DNA from: Acidobacteriota bacterium
GTDB taxonomy: Bacteria; Acidobacteriota; UBA4820; DSQY01
Length of the DNA stretch: 64,000 nucleotides
Reading direction: 5' to 3'
Assembly: GCA_021778515.1 (NCBI GenBank)
Contig: JAJYCJ010000002.1
Location: forward strand, 1,542 to 65,541
Shown here: piece by piece, positions 48,507 through 57,104 of the stretch
How positions within the stretch are numbered: the stretch's first letter is position 1
How the letters are laid out: every line of letters begins with the position of its first letter
Made by a program: the position numbers and the translations under genes
Notes under the pieces: generated by a model
The model's database searches: none
What the model saw: the letters and a program-made list of their open reading frames with translations, nothing else
Told to the model about the DNA's origin: nothing

Positions 48507-50024
48507 TCAGTAGAGATGGCGCCGGAATAGGGCGATGAAGAAGCCGTCCCAGGAATGGCGGTGAGGAAGGCAGGTGAAGCGGCCGCTTCCGGCGGAATCG
48601 AGGATCTCAGCCAGCGGCTTCGGGGGCTTGCAGGGCTGCGGAGAAAAGCCCGCGTTCTCCGCCAGGAACCGTTCCGCCACGGCCTCCGTCTCCTCGGGCT
48701 CGATGGAGCAGACCGAGTAGCAGAGTACCCCTCCGGGGGACACCGCCCGGGCCGCCTCGGTCAGGAACCGGAATTGACGGTCGGCGCGGAAGGCCAGGTC
48801 GCTCTCCTGGATTTGCCAGCGGATCTCGGGGTTGCGCCGCAGGGTCCCCAGCGAGGAGCACGGGGCGTCCAGCAGCACCGCCGGCCACTCGGGGCGAAAG
48901 GGGAGCCCCGCTTCCAAATCCACCTGCGCCAGCCGGACGTTGGTGAGGCCGAGGCGCCGCACGTTCTCGGCGATCTGGGCCAGGCGGCGCCGGTGGACGT
49001 CGGTCGAGAGGACCCATCCCCGCTCCCCCACCCGGCCGGAAAGAAGGACGGTCTTCCCCCCGGGCGCCGCGCACAGGTCCAGCACCCGCGTACTCCCCTC
49101 CACGGGCAGGAGGAGGGCGGGCACTTGGGACGCGGGGTCCATGATGTAGAAGTGCCCGCGCCGGAAGGCTTCCGTTTCCGCCGGATTGCCCCTCCGAACC
49201 GCGTAGGTGAGGGGCAGCGCCGCGTCCGGCTCCAGGACGATGCCTTCCCGCCTGAGGAGCGGCAGTCCCTGGGCCCGGGCCGAGGGCGAGGGGAAGACCA
49301 GGTTCGTGGGCGCCGGGGCCTGGAAGGCCTCCATGAGATCCTCCCCGGCGGCCTCTCCGAATCGGGCCAGGTAGCGCTGTGCCAGCCACTCGGGCATGCC
49401 CAGCCGGAGTGCGGCCCCCTCACCCCCGTTGAGTCGGTAGGGAAGCTCCCCCGCCTCGTCACGGCGCTCGGCGACCCCCCTCAGGATTCCGTTCACGAAA
49501 CCTCCGGCACCCGGGCGGACGGCCTTCGCGGCTTCCACGCACTGGTCCACGGCCGCGTAGGCGGGAACCCTGTCCAGGAAGAGGAGCTGGAAGGCCCCCA
49601 CCCTCAAGATGTGCCTCAGTTCGGCCTGCGTGTCAGCAAGGCCTCGCTCGGTCTGGTCGTCGAGGACCCAGTCCAGGAGGGGGAGGTGCCGGACCACGCC
49701 CGAGGCCAGCTCCCGCAGGAGAGCGCGGTCCTCTTCCCTGACCAGCCGCGCCTGGCGCTCCTGGAGGAGCCTCTTCAGCGACTGCCGATGGTCCAGGACT
49801 TCGCCAAGGACGCCCGCCGCCTCCGCGCGCAGGTTCGCCCGCCCGGCGGGCTTCTCCACCGCGCCTGCGAGGGGTTCCGGCCGCAGAGGGCCTCCGCCGG
49901 CGCGGAGCTTCCCCGGGCCGCTCCTTCGGCCCCCGTCCCCGCCCGCGCCGCCCTCGTGCTGGCGACGGCCGCGGCCAGGGGGCCGGCCCCTAGAGTCGGG
50001 TGCCCGGCGGGATGGCGTATCCAC
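48507..50024 (-). CDS. rsmB: 16S rRNA (cytosine967-C5)-methyltransferase
   Basis: NusB-like N-terminal half, then DLCAAPGGKT and PCSSLGTLRRNPEIRW. Conserved def-fmt-rsmB order. The start is uncertain; the longest ORF overlaps fmt by 35 nt. Confidence 0.85.
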   Translation of the reverse strand: MDTPSRRAPDSRGRPPGRGRRQHEGGAGGDGGRRSGPGKLRAGGGPLRPEPLAGAVEKPAGRANLRAEAAGVLGEVLDHRQSLKRLLQERQARLVREEDRALLRELASGVVRHLPLLDWVLDDQTERGLADTQAELRHILRVGAFQLLFLDRVPAYAAVDQCVEAAKAVRPGAGGFVNGILRGVAERRDEAGELPYRLNGGEGAALRLGMPEWLAQRYLARFGEAAGEDLMEAFQAPAPTNLVFPSPSARAQGLPLLRREGIVLEPDAALPLTYAVRRGNPAETEAFRRGHFYIMDPASQVPALLLPVEGSTRVLDLCAAPGGKTVLLSGRVGERGWVLSTDVHRRRLAQIAENVRRLGLTNVRLAQVDLEAGLPFRPEWPAVLLDAPCSSLGTLRRNPEIRWQIQESDLAFRADRQFRFLTEAARAVSPGGVLCYSVCSIEPEETEAVAERFLAENAGFSPQPCKPPKPLAEILDSAGSGRFTCLPHRHSWDGFFIALFRRHLY

Positions 50025-50931
50025 GCAGCACCTCCTCGGACGTCATGGGGCGCTTGCCCGGCCTCTGCATCCTGCCCACGAGGAGAACGCGGCCGTCCCC
50101 GCAGGCGACCCCGAAGGCCCCGCCCGCGACCACCTCGCCGGGCTGTGCCCGCGTGCTGGTCGGTCCCACCGCCGCGGCGAGCACCTTGATCCGCTCTTCC
50201 CGATACTCGAAGAAGGTGCCGGGCCAGGGGTCGAAGGCCCGCACCTGCCGCTCCAGCTCCGCCGCGGGCCGCGAAAAGTCGAGGCGTCCGTCCTCGCTCG
50301 TCAGCCTGGGAGCGTAGGTGGCCAGCGCCTCGTCCTGGGGCCGCGCCTCCAGCGTTCCGGCATGGAGCCCCTCGAGGGTCTCGATCAGGAGTCCCGAGCC
50401 AAGCCGGGCCAGTACGGGAGAGAGAGCCCCCGTCGTGGTGGAGGGCGGGATGGGCATTCGCCCTTCGAGGTAGACGGGGCCCGTGTCGAGCCCCTTGTCC
50501 ATTCGCATGGTGCACACGCCCGTCTCCGCATCCCCGGCCCAGATCGCGCGGGCGATCGGCGAGGCACCGCGGTGTCGAGGGAGCAGCGAGGCGTGGACGT
50601 TCACGCAGCCGAGGCGGGGAATGGCGAGCACGGCCTCGGGGAGGATCTTGCCGTAAGCCACCACCACGATCACGTCGGGGCCGAGGTCTCTCAGGAGCCC
50701 TTGAACCTCGGCGCCCTTCAGGGAGGCGGGCTGGTGCACCTCCAGGCCCCGATCGACCGCGAACAGCTTCACCGGCGGCGCCGTGAGGAGCCTCCTGCGC
50801 CCTACGGACTTGTCCGGCTGGGTGAACACGGCGAGGGGGCGAACCCCCGCCTCCACGAGCGCCTGAAGGTGAACGCGCGCGAAATCGGGCGTCCCCATGA
50901 AGACGATGCGCTCGGGCAGGATGCGTCCCAT
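49990..50931 (-). CDS. fmt: methionyl-tRNA formyltransferase
   Basis: RIVFMGTPDFA...HASLLPRHRGASPI.... ATG 50931. Confidence 0.93.
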   Translation of the reverse strand: MGRILPERIVFMGTPDFARVHLQALVEAGVRPLAVFTQPDKSVGRRRLLTAPPVKLFAVDRGLEVHQPASLKGAEVQGLLRDLGPDVIVVVAYGKILPEAVLAIPRLGCVNVHASLLPRHRGASPIARAIWAGDAETGVCTMRMDKGLDTGPVYLEGRMPIPPSTTTGALSPVLARLGSGLLIETLEGLHAGTLEARPQDEALATYAPRLTSEDGRLDFSRPAAELERQVRAFDPWPGTFFEYREERIKVLAAAVGPTSTRAQPGEVVAGGAFGVACGDGRVLLVGRMQRPGKRPMTSEEVLRGYAIPPGTRL

Positions 50932-50965
50932 GCGCGATTCCCCCCTTTGCATCGCCGGGACGCCG

Positions 50966-51520
50966 TCAGGCGTCCTGGCTCCGCCGCTCGAGCTGGGGGT
51001 AAGGATCCTCCCACTCCCCGTCCCGGATGAGCTTCTTGATCTTGCGCTTGACGATGTCGCGGCGCAGGGGGGAGAGCCTGTCGACGAAGAGGATCCCGTC
51101 GAGGTGGTCGATCTCGTGACAGAGAGCCCGGCAGAGAAACTCGGTGCCTTCGATCTCGAAAGGTTTCCCGTCGCGGTCGAGCGCCTTGACCCTGATCCTG
51201 GCTGGACGCTTAACCCGTTCGTAGATCTTGGGGATGGAGAGGCAGCCCTCCTCTTCGTGCATCTCCCCCGACTGTTCCACGATTTCTGGATTGAGCAGGT
51301 AGAGGATCTGTTCCTTCTCGCCCTGTGCGCCGAGGTCCACGACCATGGCCCGCGAGGCGATCCCCACCTGATTGGCCGCGAGGCCGGCGCCCGAGGCGTG
51401 CCGCATGGTCTCGACCATGTCGTCCAGCAGCGCCTGAACCTCGGGGGTGATGTCGGTCACGGGGGCGGACTTCTCCCGCAGGACCGGCGACCCGTAGAGT
51501 TCAATCTTCCGAATGGCCAT
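50966..51520 (-). CDS. def: peptide deformylase
   Basis: GAGLAANQVG, EGCLSIP, HEIDHLDG. Confidence 0.95.
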   Translation of the reverse strand: MAIRKIELYGSPVLREKSAPVTDITPEVQALLDDMVETMRHASGAGLAANQVGIASRAMVVDLGAQGEKEQILYLLNPEIVEQSGEMHEEEGCLSIPKIYERVKRPARIRVKALDRDGKPFEIEGTEFLCRALCHEIDHLDGILFVDRLSPLRRDIVKRKIKKLIRDGEWEDPYPQLERRSQDA

Positions 51521-52514
51521 CTGATCGCGCTCCCCGTCTCTTGATCAGCGAGAGGGTCTGTTCCACCCTCTCTTGAAGCAGGACCTCGAGGTGCTCCATG
51601 GAATCCGGGCAGGCATCCAGCGCCTGCCGGGTGGCGGGCCCGGGAAGCTCCAGCACCATGGACCGCTCGGACGCCGTCACGGTGGCCGTCCTCGGCACCT
51701 TCTTGAGGAAGGCCACTTCACCGATGATGTCTCCCGGGGCGAAGACCGCCAGGGGCATCTCCTCCTCCCCGACGGTGCCGCGAGCCGCCAGGCGGCCCCT
51801 CACCAGAATAAACAGCGAATCACCCTCCTCCCCTTCCCTGACCAGGAGGTCGCCCGGATCCAGGTTCCTCGGAATGGCCACCGAACCCAGGAGGCGGGCG
51901 TGTTCCGCGTCCATCTCCGGAAAGAGCATCTGAATCCAGAACGGGCCGGCCTCGTCGGGCTGAGGCGCGGACCCTTCGAGGGAGTTGTCCGGAAGCGGCG
52001 CCTCCTCGATGCGAAACGCCCGCTGGGGCTCCACGGAGCTCTCCTCCCAGGGCGCGCCAAGGGCTCCGCCCGTGACTTCCGGCCCTGCTCCGGGGCCGGG
52101 GCCTTCCGGCGCCACGGTGACCTGCCGCTCCGGCTCCTGGGGTGGTCCGGCGGAGAGATCGAAGGAGAAGGCTGAGGTGTCCTCCACCTTCTGCCCACCA
52201 CCCTCCAGCTCCGCCATTCGCTTCGCCAGGGCGGCATCTTCCGGGGCCAGGCGCGCGGCCCTCCTCAGGAGCGCCAGCCCGTCCGACCGCCTGCCGCCCA
52301 CGAGCCGGGCCTCCCCCTCGTCGCGGTAGATCCGCGCCGCTTCCTCCGGGCGACCAGCCCCCTCGTAGGCCTCCGCCAGGTGGACTTTCAGGGCGAGATC
52401 GTAGGGCTCCCTCTGGAGCCTGCGCTCCAGGAGGGACGCGGCCAGCTCGTAGCGGCCCTGCTTCATCAGGGCCAGCGGATCCTCCTCCCCCTTTCCCTTC
52501 CCGAACAAGGACAT
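51501..52514 (-). CDS. TPR-like N-terminus + disordered linker + cyclic-nucleotide-binding domain protein
   Basis: N-terminal helical repeats (GRYELAASLLERRLQREPYDLALKVHLAEAYEGAG). C-terminal cNMP-binding fold ...GDLLVREGEEGDSLFILVRGRL...APGDIIGEVAFL...RTATV. No output domain. Confidence 0.75.
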   Translation of the reverse strand: MSLFGKGKGEEDPLALMKQGRYELAASLLERRLQREPYDLALKVHLAEAYEGAGRPEEAARIYRDEGEARLVGGRRSDGLALLRRAARLAPEDAALAKRMAELEGGGQKVEDTSAFSFDLSAGPPQEPERQVTVAPEGPGPGAGPEVTGGALGAPWEESSVEPQRAFRIEEAPLPDNSLEGSAPQPDEAGPFWIQMLFPEMDAEHARLLGSVAIPRNLDPGDLLVREGEEGDSLFILVRGRLAARGTVGEEEMPLAVFAPGDIIGEVAFLKKVPRTATVTASERSMVLELPGPATRQALDACPDSMEHLEVLLQERVEQTLSLIKRRGARSDGHSED

Positions 52515-52637
52515 GGCATCCTCCGCCTGCTGGGAGTCTACCGCACCATCGGTCCACCCTCAAGCCGCACAACCGCGGACTTCCGTTGCGTTTCCGAACC
52601 GGCGTCTCTACAATGGGGGCCTGCCGGAGGGTTCAAG

Positions 52638-53522
52638 ATGCCAGAGTTCTACCCGTCGAATTTTGGGGGATTACCGCCCGCGCAATCCTCGCTGGAGACC
52701 TCCCGCTTCGTCATCCTGCCCATCCCGTACGAGGTGACGACCTCCTACGCCAAGGGGACCAAGTTCGGCCCCAGGGCCATCATCGAGGCTTCCAGGAACA
52801 TGGAGCTCTACGACGAGGAGCTGGGGCTGGAGCCCTGCGAGGCGGGCATCTTCACCTCCGAGGACCTCCTATTCCACGACATCAGCCCGAGGTCCATGGT
52901 GGATACGGTCAAGGAGGCCGTGGGCCACTACCTTTCCATGGACAAGTTCGTGGTGAGCCTGGGCGGCGAGCACAACCTGAGCTTCCCCTGCTTTCTGGCC
53001 CACCGGGAGGTGCACGGGGAGATCGGCGTGGTCCAGCTGGACGCCCACGCGGACCTGCGAGAGTCCTACGAAGGCACTCCATTCAACCACGCCTGCGTCA
53101 TGCGGCGCATCGTGGGGTGCAGCGCGGGCACCGCCCAGGTGGGCATCCGGTCCCTGTCACGGGAGGAGGCGGATTACCTCAAGGCCAAAGGCACGTGGCC
53201 CGTGGTCTGGGCGCGGGAGTGCCAGGAGGGGGACGGCTGGATGGACCGAGCCCTGGCGGCGCTCCCCCCAAAGGTCTATCTGACCGTGGACGTGGACGGC
53301 TTCGACCCGTCCCTGGTTCCCTGTACGGGCACCCCCGAACCGGGAGGACTGCAGTGGTACCCGACCCTCCGATTCCTGCGCCGCCTGTGCCGAGAGCGCG
53401 AGGTCGTCGGGATGGACGTCATGGAGCTAGCACCCGACCGCGTGCACTTCGCCGCCGATTTCCTGGTGGCCCGACTCCTCTACAAGGTCATGGGGTACCT
53501 TTCCGAGGCCTCCAGGCCATGA
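52638..53522 (+). CDS. speB: agmatinase / ureohydrolase family protein
   Basis: GGEHNLS, QLDAHADL, TVDVDGFDPS, EPGGL. ATG 52638. Confidence 0.85.
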   Translation: MPEFYPSNFGGLPPAQSSLETSRFVILPIPYEVTTSYAKGTKFGPRAIIEASRNMELYDEELGLEPCEAGIFTSEDLLFHDISPRSMVDTVKEAVGHYLSMDKFVVSLGGEHNLSFPCFLAHREVHGEIGVVQLDAHADLRESYEGTPFNHACVMRRIVGCSAGTAQVGIRSLSREEADYLKAKGTWPVVWARECQEGDGWMDRALAALPPKVYLTVDVDGFDPSLVPCTGTPEPGGLQWYPTLRFLRRLCREREVVGMDVMELAPDRVHFAADFLVARLLYKVMGYLSEASRP

Positions 53523-54262
53523 TGGAAGCGGCGCCCTCCGTCCTCCTTTCCGTGGTGGTTCCGGTCTACAACGAGCGGGAGAACCTGCCCCTGCTGCTAT
53601 CGGAAGTCCGGCAGGCGCTCGATCCCCTGGGAGAGCCCTACGAGATCATCTGCATAGACGACGGCAGCACCGACGGCTCCCTCGACGTGCTCAAGGAGCT
53701 TGGCCCCGTCCACCCCATGCTCCGGATCCTCGTCTTCGAGAAGAACGCCGGCCAGAGCGCGGCCTTCGCCGCCGGCTTTCGCGCCGCGCGCGGGGACCGC
53801 ATCGTCACTCTGGACGCGGACCTGCAGAATGATCCTGCGGACATCCCCCGCCTTCTCTCCGAGCTGGACCGCTTCGACGCGGCCGTGGGCTGGCGGGTCA
53901 AGCGCGCCGATTCCCTCCTGAAGCGGATCAGCTCTCGCGTCGGGAACGGGGTGCGCAACTGGGCCACACGGGAGGTGATCGCGGATACGGGATGCTCCCT
54001 GAAGGCCTTCCGGCGCGAGGCGCTGGCTCCCCTCAAGCTGTACAGGGGTCTCCACCGCTTTCTGCCCACGCTCATCCGGATGGAGGGCTTCTCGGTGACC
54101 CAGGTGAGGGTCAATCACCGTCCCAGGACCCGTGGCAAGACCAAGTACGGGGTGCTCGATCGCCTGCGCGCGACGGTGCCCGACCTGATGGCCGTCCGCT
54201 GGATGCAGTCCCGCCTGATCCGGTACAGCGTCAAGGAAGAGCTGGGGCCGTGGCCCTCCTGA
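53519..54262 (+). CDS. family-2 glycosyltransferase (polyprenol-phosphate sugar transferase type)
   Basis: LSVVVPVYNERENL, IDDGSTDGS, TLDADLQNDP. The ATG overlaps the speB stop (ATGA). The 706-aa track ORF is a spurious extension. Confidence 0.88.
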   Translation: MMEAAPSVLLSVVVPVYNERENLPLLLSEVRQALDPLGEPYEIICIDDGSTDGSLDVLKELGPVHPMLRILVFEKNAGQSAAFAAGFRAARGDRIVTLDADLQNDPADIPRLLSELDRFDAAVGWRVKRADSLLKRISSRVGNGVRNWATREVIADTGCSLKAFRREALAPLKLYRGLHRFLPTLIRMEGFSVTQVRVNHRPRTRGKTKYGVLDRLRATVPDLMAVRWMQSRLIRYSVKEELGPWPS

Positions 54263-54418
54263 GCTGGTCCCCCTCTCGACGGGCGAGCGTTGCTCTCCGT
54301 CGGCCTCTGGCTTCGTTCTCAGATCGGCACTTGCAGGGTACGGCGGTTGCGGCCGACGAGAGCCAGCCCGCACCTTCCCGGTGACCCGTCGCATCGGCTC
54401 CCCGGTGAGACGGCCTCC

Positions 54419-54784
54419 TCATCCCTGTGAGGGGAGGTGGCTCTTTACGGCGGCCAGAAGCCGGACCAGCGAAAAGGGCTTCTCGATGTAGTCTGCGGCC
54501 CCCGCCTCGATGGCGCTCCTGCGGTCCGCCTCCTGGCCTTTGGCCGAGAGCACCAGCACCGGCGGGCGCCGTCGAAGTTTGGCCATCTCTCCGAGCACGG
54601 CAAAGCCGTCCATGCCCGGCATCCGCAGATCCAGAAGCAGAAGATCGGCGGGCTCCTGCCGGAGCTGGGCCAGGAGTTCTGCGCCGCTCTCCGCGGTGCC
54701 CACCGAATAGCCCTCCTTCTCCAGGATGAAGCGGATCATCTCGAGTATGTCCGGCGTGTCGTCGCAGACCAGGATCCTGGCCAC
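54419..54784 (-). CDS. single-domain response regulator (CheY-like)
   Basis: ARILVCDDTPDILE...LLLLDLRMPGMDG...VLSAKG. GTG start with GGGGAGG 6 nt upstream. Confidence 0.88.
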   Translation of the reverse strand: MARILVCDDTPDILEMIRFILEKEGYSVGTAESGAELLAQLRQEPADLLLLDLRMPGMDGFAVLGEMAKLRRRPPVLVLSAKGQEADRRSAIEAGAADYIEKPFSLVRLLAAVKSHLPSQG

Positions 54785-54820
54785 CTGGCGCCTCCCCGAG
54801 CAGATGCCCGGCCCTTCCCC

Positions 54821-55630
54821 TCACCGCTGGGATTCGGCCGGCTTCCCATCCACGAAGTCCTTCAACTCCCGCCACGTTGTGATCGGAACCCTCTCCCTCG
54901 CCAGATCGACGAGCCGATAGAGGATCCGTCCCGCTGCCCGCGCGTCGTCCAGGGCCCGATGCCGCGCGCTAAACTCGTAACCGAACCGCTCCGCCAGCGC
55001 GTCCAGGCCCCGGCCTTCCTCCCTCGGAATGAGCCTCCGCGCGAAGCGGAGCGTGCAGAAGGCGGGCTCGCGCAACTGCTGGCCGCTCTCCAGGCGCTCG
55101 ATCTCCTGACAGAGCACGCGCCGATCGAAGGCCAGGTTGTGCGCCACGAGCACCCGGCCGCGCAGCCTCTGCGCCAGTTCGGGCCAGACGGCGCCGAAGG
55201 TGGGGCGGCCCGCCAGGTCACCCGGCGCGATTCCCGTCAGGCGCTGGACGAACGGCGCCACGGGAGTCCCCGGATCCAGGAGGGTCTCGAAGGTCTCGAT
55301 CTCCTCTCCGCCCTCGAAGCAGGCCAGGCCGATCTCGATGGCCCTCTCGGGCTCCATCCCGTTCGTCTCGAAATCCACCACCGCGAAGGGGACCCTCTCC
55401 ACCTCCTCGGTCTCGAAGGGATCGGGGCGCGGGGCCAGCCGCACCACGCCGTCACGCACCTCAAAGCGCCCGTCCCTGGCGAGGAGGGCGCCCAGGACCT
55501 GGCCGCCAAGTCCCGCGTCCTGTGTGTGGAGGAGAAGGCGGGCCAGCCCCTCCAGCGCGCACGCCGTCTCCCTCTCCTGAAGGTGCCGGTGGAGGCGCTC
55601 CAGAACCCCCTGGGGCTCTCCGGTGCTCAT
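54821..55630 (-). CDS. DnaQ/DEDDh-family 3'-5' exonuclease with ~95-aa N-terminal extension
   Basis: FAVVDFETNG (ExoI), LVAHNLAFDRRVL (ExoII), HRALDDARA (ExoIII). ATG 55630. Confidence 0.85.
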   Translation of the reverse strand: MSTGEPQGVLERLHRHLQERETACALEGLARLLLHTQDAGLGGQVLGALLARDGRFEVRDGVVRLAPRPDPFETEEVERVPFAVVDFETNGMEPERAIEIGLACFEGGEEIETFETLLDPGTPVAPFVQRLTGIAPGDLAGRPTFGAVWPELAQRLRGRVLVAHNLAFDRRVLCQEIERLESGQQLREPAFCTLRFARRLIPREEGRGLDALAERFGYEFSARHRALDDARAAGRILYRLVDLARERVPITTWRELKDFVDGKPAESQR

Positions 55631-56574
55631 GCGTTGGATTCCCAAAGGCTCGACACCGGAAGGATGTCCATGTCGCGGTCCGTCCATCGGGCCATCCGGC
55701 CGAGTTCACCACCGGGGGAGAGATCCAGGAGACGCCGAACGCCGAGCGCCCTGAGTCCGGCCACGGCGGCCACCCAGTCCGTGGGTGAGGAGAGGGCCTC
55801 CGCGACCTCCTTGCGGAACTCCCTGCCGGCGTGAATCACGTGCCCATCTCGCGGCGAGATGAGTGGCCAGAGAGGATCTGCCGCCGGCACCCCCTGCCAC
55901 CAGGGATTCGCCTCGGAGCGGGCTCTCTCCACGTAGTGCGTATGAAGAGGAACGTCCAGCGGGAGGAGGCGCGCGTCCATCACCAGGTCCTTCATGCGTT
56001 CCGTGGCCCGTTCGACGGCACTCCTGGGCCCCGCGAAGACCACCTGCTTGGGGTTGTTGACGTTGGCCACGGCCACCTCGCCCAGGCCCCAGCGGTCGAG
56101 CAGGGCCTCTACCTCTGCGCGCGAGAGGCCCGTCTCGGAGGCCAGCGCGAACCTGCCGGGAGGGAAATCCCTTCCGTTGGCCGCGTTCACCCTCTCCAGC
56201 CATTCCAGCACGGCCGAGGCCTTGACGCAGCGCGCGAAAAGGCCGGCCGCGTAAAAGCCGAGAGAGTACCCGGCCACCGCCTCGGGCGGGCCGAAGCGGG
56301 AAAGGGCCACTTCGGCGCAGAGGGCGCCGTAGAGAACCATGGCCGCGGGGGCGATGAAGCGCTCTCCCAGCTCTTCGGGCGGGGCTTGCGTGACCCAGTA
56401 GCGGAACCGTCCGCCCGTGAGGCCGTCGAAGCCTCCCGCCAGGCGTTCAAAAACCTCATCGCCCGCGAGAGGGAGGGCCATACCGGCTCGTTCCGAGAGC
56501 TGCCCGGGCATCAGTATGGCGTAGGGGCTGCTGTCCCAGATCAAATTGACTCCCCTGGGGAAGCATATTACCAT
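55627..56574 (-). CDS. FabD-like acyltransferase-domain protein (divergent)
   Basis: YAILMPGQ, nucleophile motif GYSLGFYAA (FabD: GHSLGEYSA), VPLHTHY (FabD: AFHS). The start is uncertain (56574 or 56604), with no convincing RBS. It lies head-to-head within 20 nt of the next gene. Confidence 0.65.
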   Translation of the reverse strand: MVICFPRGVNLIWDSSPYAILMPGQLSERAGMALPLAGDEVFERLAGGFDGLTGGRFRYWVTQAPPEELGERFIAPAAMVLYGALCAEVALSRFGPPEAVAGYSLGFYAAGLFARCVKASAVLEWLERVNAANGRDFPPGRFALASETGLSRAEVEALLDRWGLGEVAVANVNNPKQVVFAGPRSAVERATERMKDLVMDARLLPLDVPLHTHYVERARSEANPWWQGVPAADPLWPLISPRDGHVIHAGREFRKEVAEALSSPTDWVAAVAGLRALGVRRLLDLSPGGELGRMARWTDRDMDILPVSSLWESNA

Positions 56575-56594
56575 GCGCGCAGGGAGGAGTCGGA

Positions 56595-57104
56595 ATGGCC
56601 CCATTCGAGATGCAGTTGGCGCAGCTGCCCATCCTCCAGGGACTGGAACCGGAGGAATTCGCCCTGGTCACCGGCCGGTTCGTCAGAGAACAGTTCCCGA
56701 AGGGGTCCCGCATCCTCGAGGAGGGCTACGGCGGCCTGAAGCTGTTCGTCATGCTGGAGGGCAGGATCAGGGTCTACCGCACGATGGGTGACACGCCCAT
56801 CGTCATCACCACCCTCGAACCCCCGGAGACCTTCGGGGAGATCAGCATCATCGACGGGAGTCCCATCTCCGCAACGGTGGAGGCAGAATCGGACGTGGTG
56901 GTCCTGACGTTGAGCCGCGAGGACTTCTACGAGATCGTCCAGACCTCGTGCGTCCTGCAGGCCAAGCTCTACGGCAACCTGCTTCGGACCCTGTGCCAGC
57001 GCCTCCGGACCACAACCAACCAGGTCCACGACTACTTCGCGATCAACAAGGCCCTGTGCGAAAACGAAAGCTTCCGGCAGTTCTACAAGCTCTTCACCAC
57101 TTGA
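56595..57104 (+). CDS. stand-alone cyclic-nucleotide-binding domain protein
   Basis: ILQGLEPEEFALVTGRF...FPKGSRILEEG...FGEISIIDGSPISATVEA. No HTH. RBS AGGGAGGAG. Confidence 0.8.
   Translation: MAPFEMQLAQLPILQGLEPEEFALVTGRFVREQFPKGSRILEEGYGGLKLFVMLEGRIRVYRTMGDTPIVITTLEPPETFGEISIIDGSPISATVEAESDVVVLTLSREDFYEIVQTSCVLQAKLYGNLLRTLCQRLRTTTNQVHDYFAINKALCENESFRQFYKLFTT

Noticed and set aside
48555-50189. 544-aa plus-strand ORF
   Set aside because: It is antisense to rsmB/fmt.
52142-53518. N-terminal 459 aa of the 706-aa track ORF 52142..54262, and the extension 52380..52637 of the agmatinase ORF
   Set aside because: These are Pro/Arg/Gly-rich read-through overlapping other genes. Real starts with conserved N-termini are at 53519 (GT2) and 52638 (speB).
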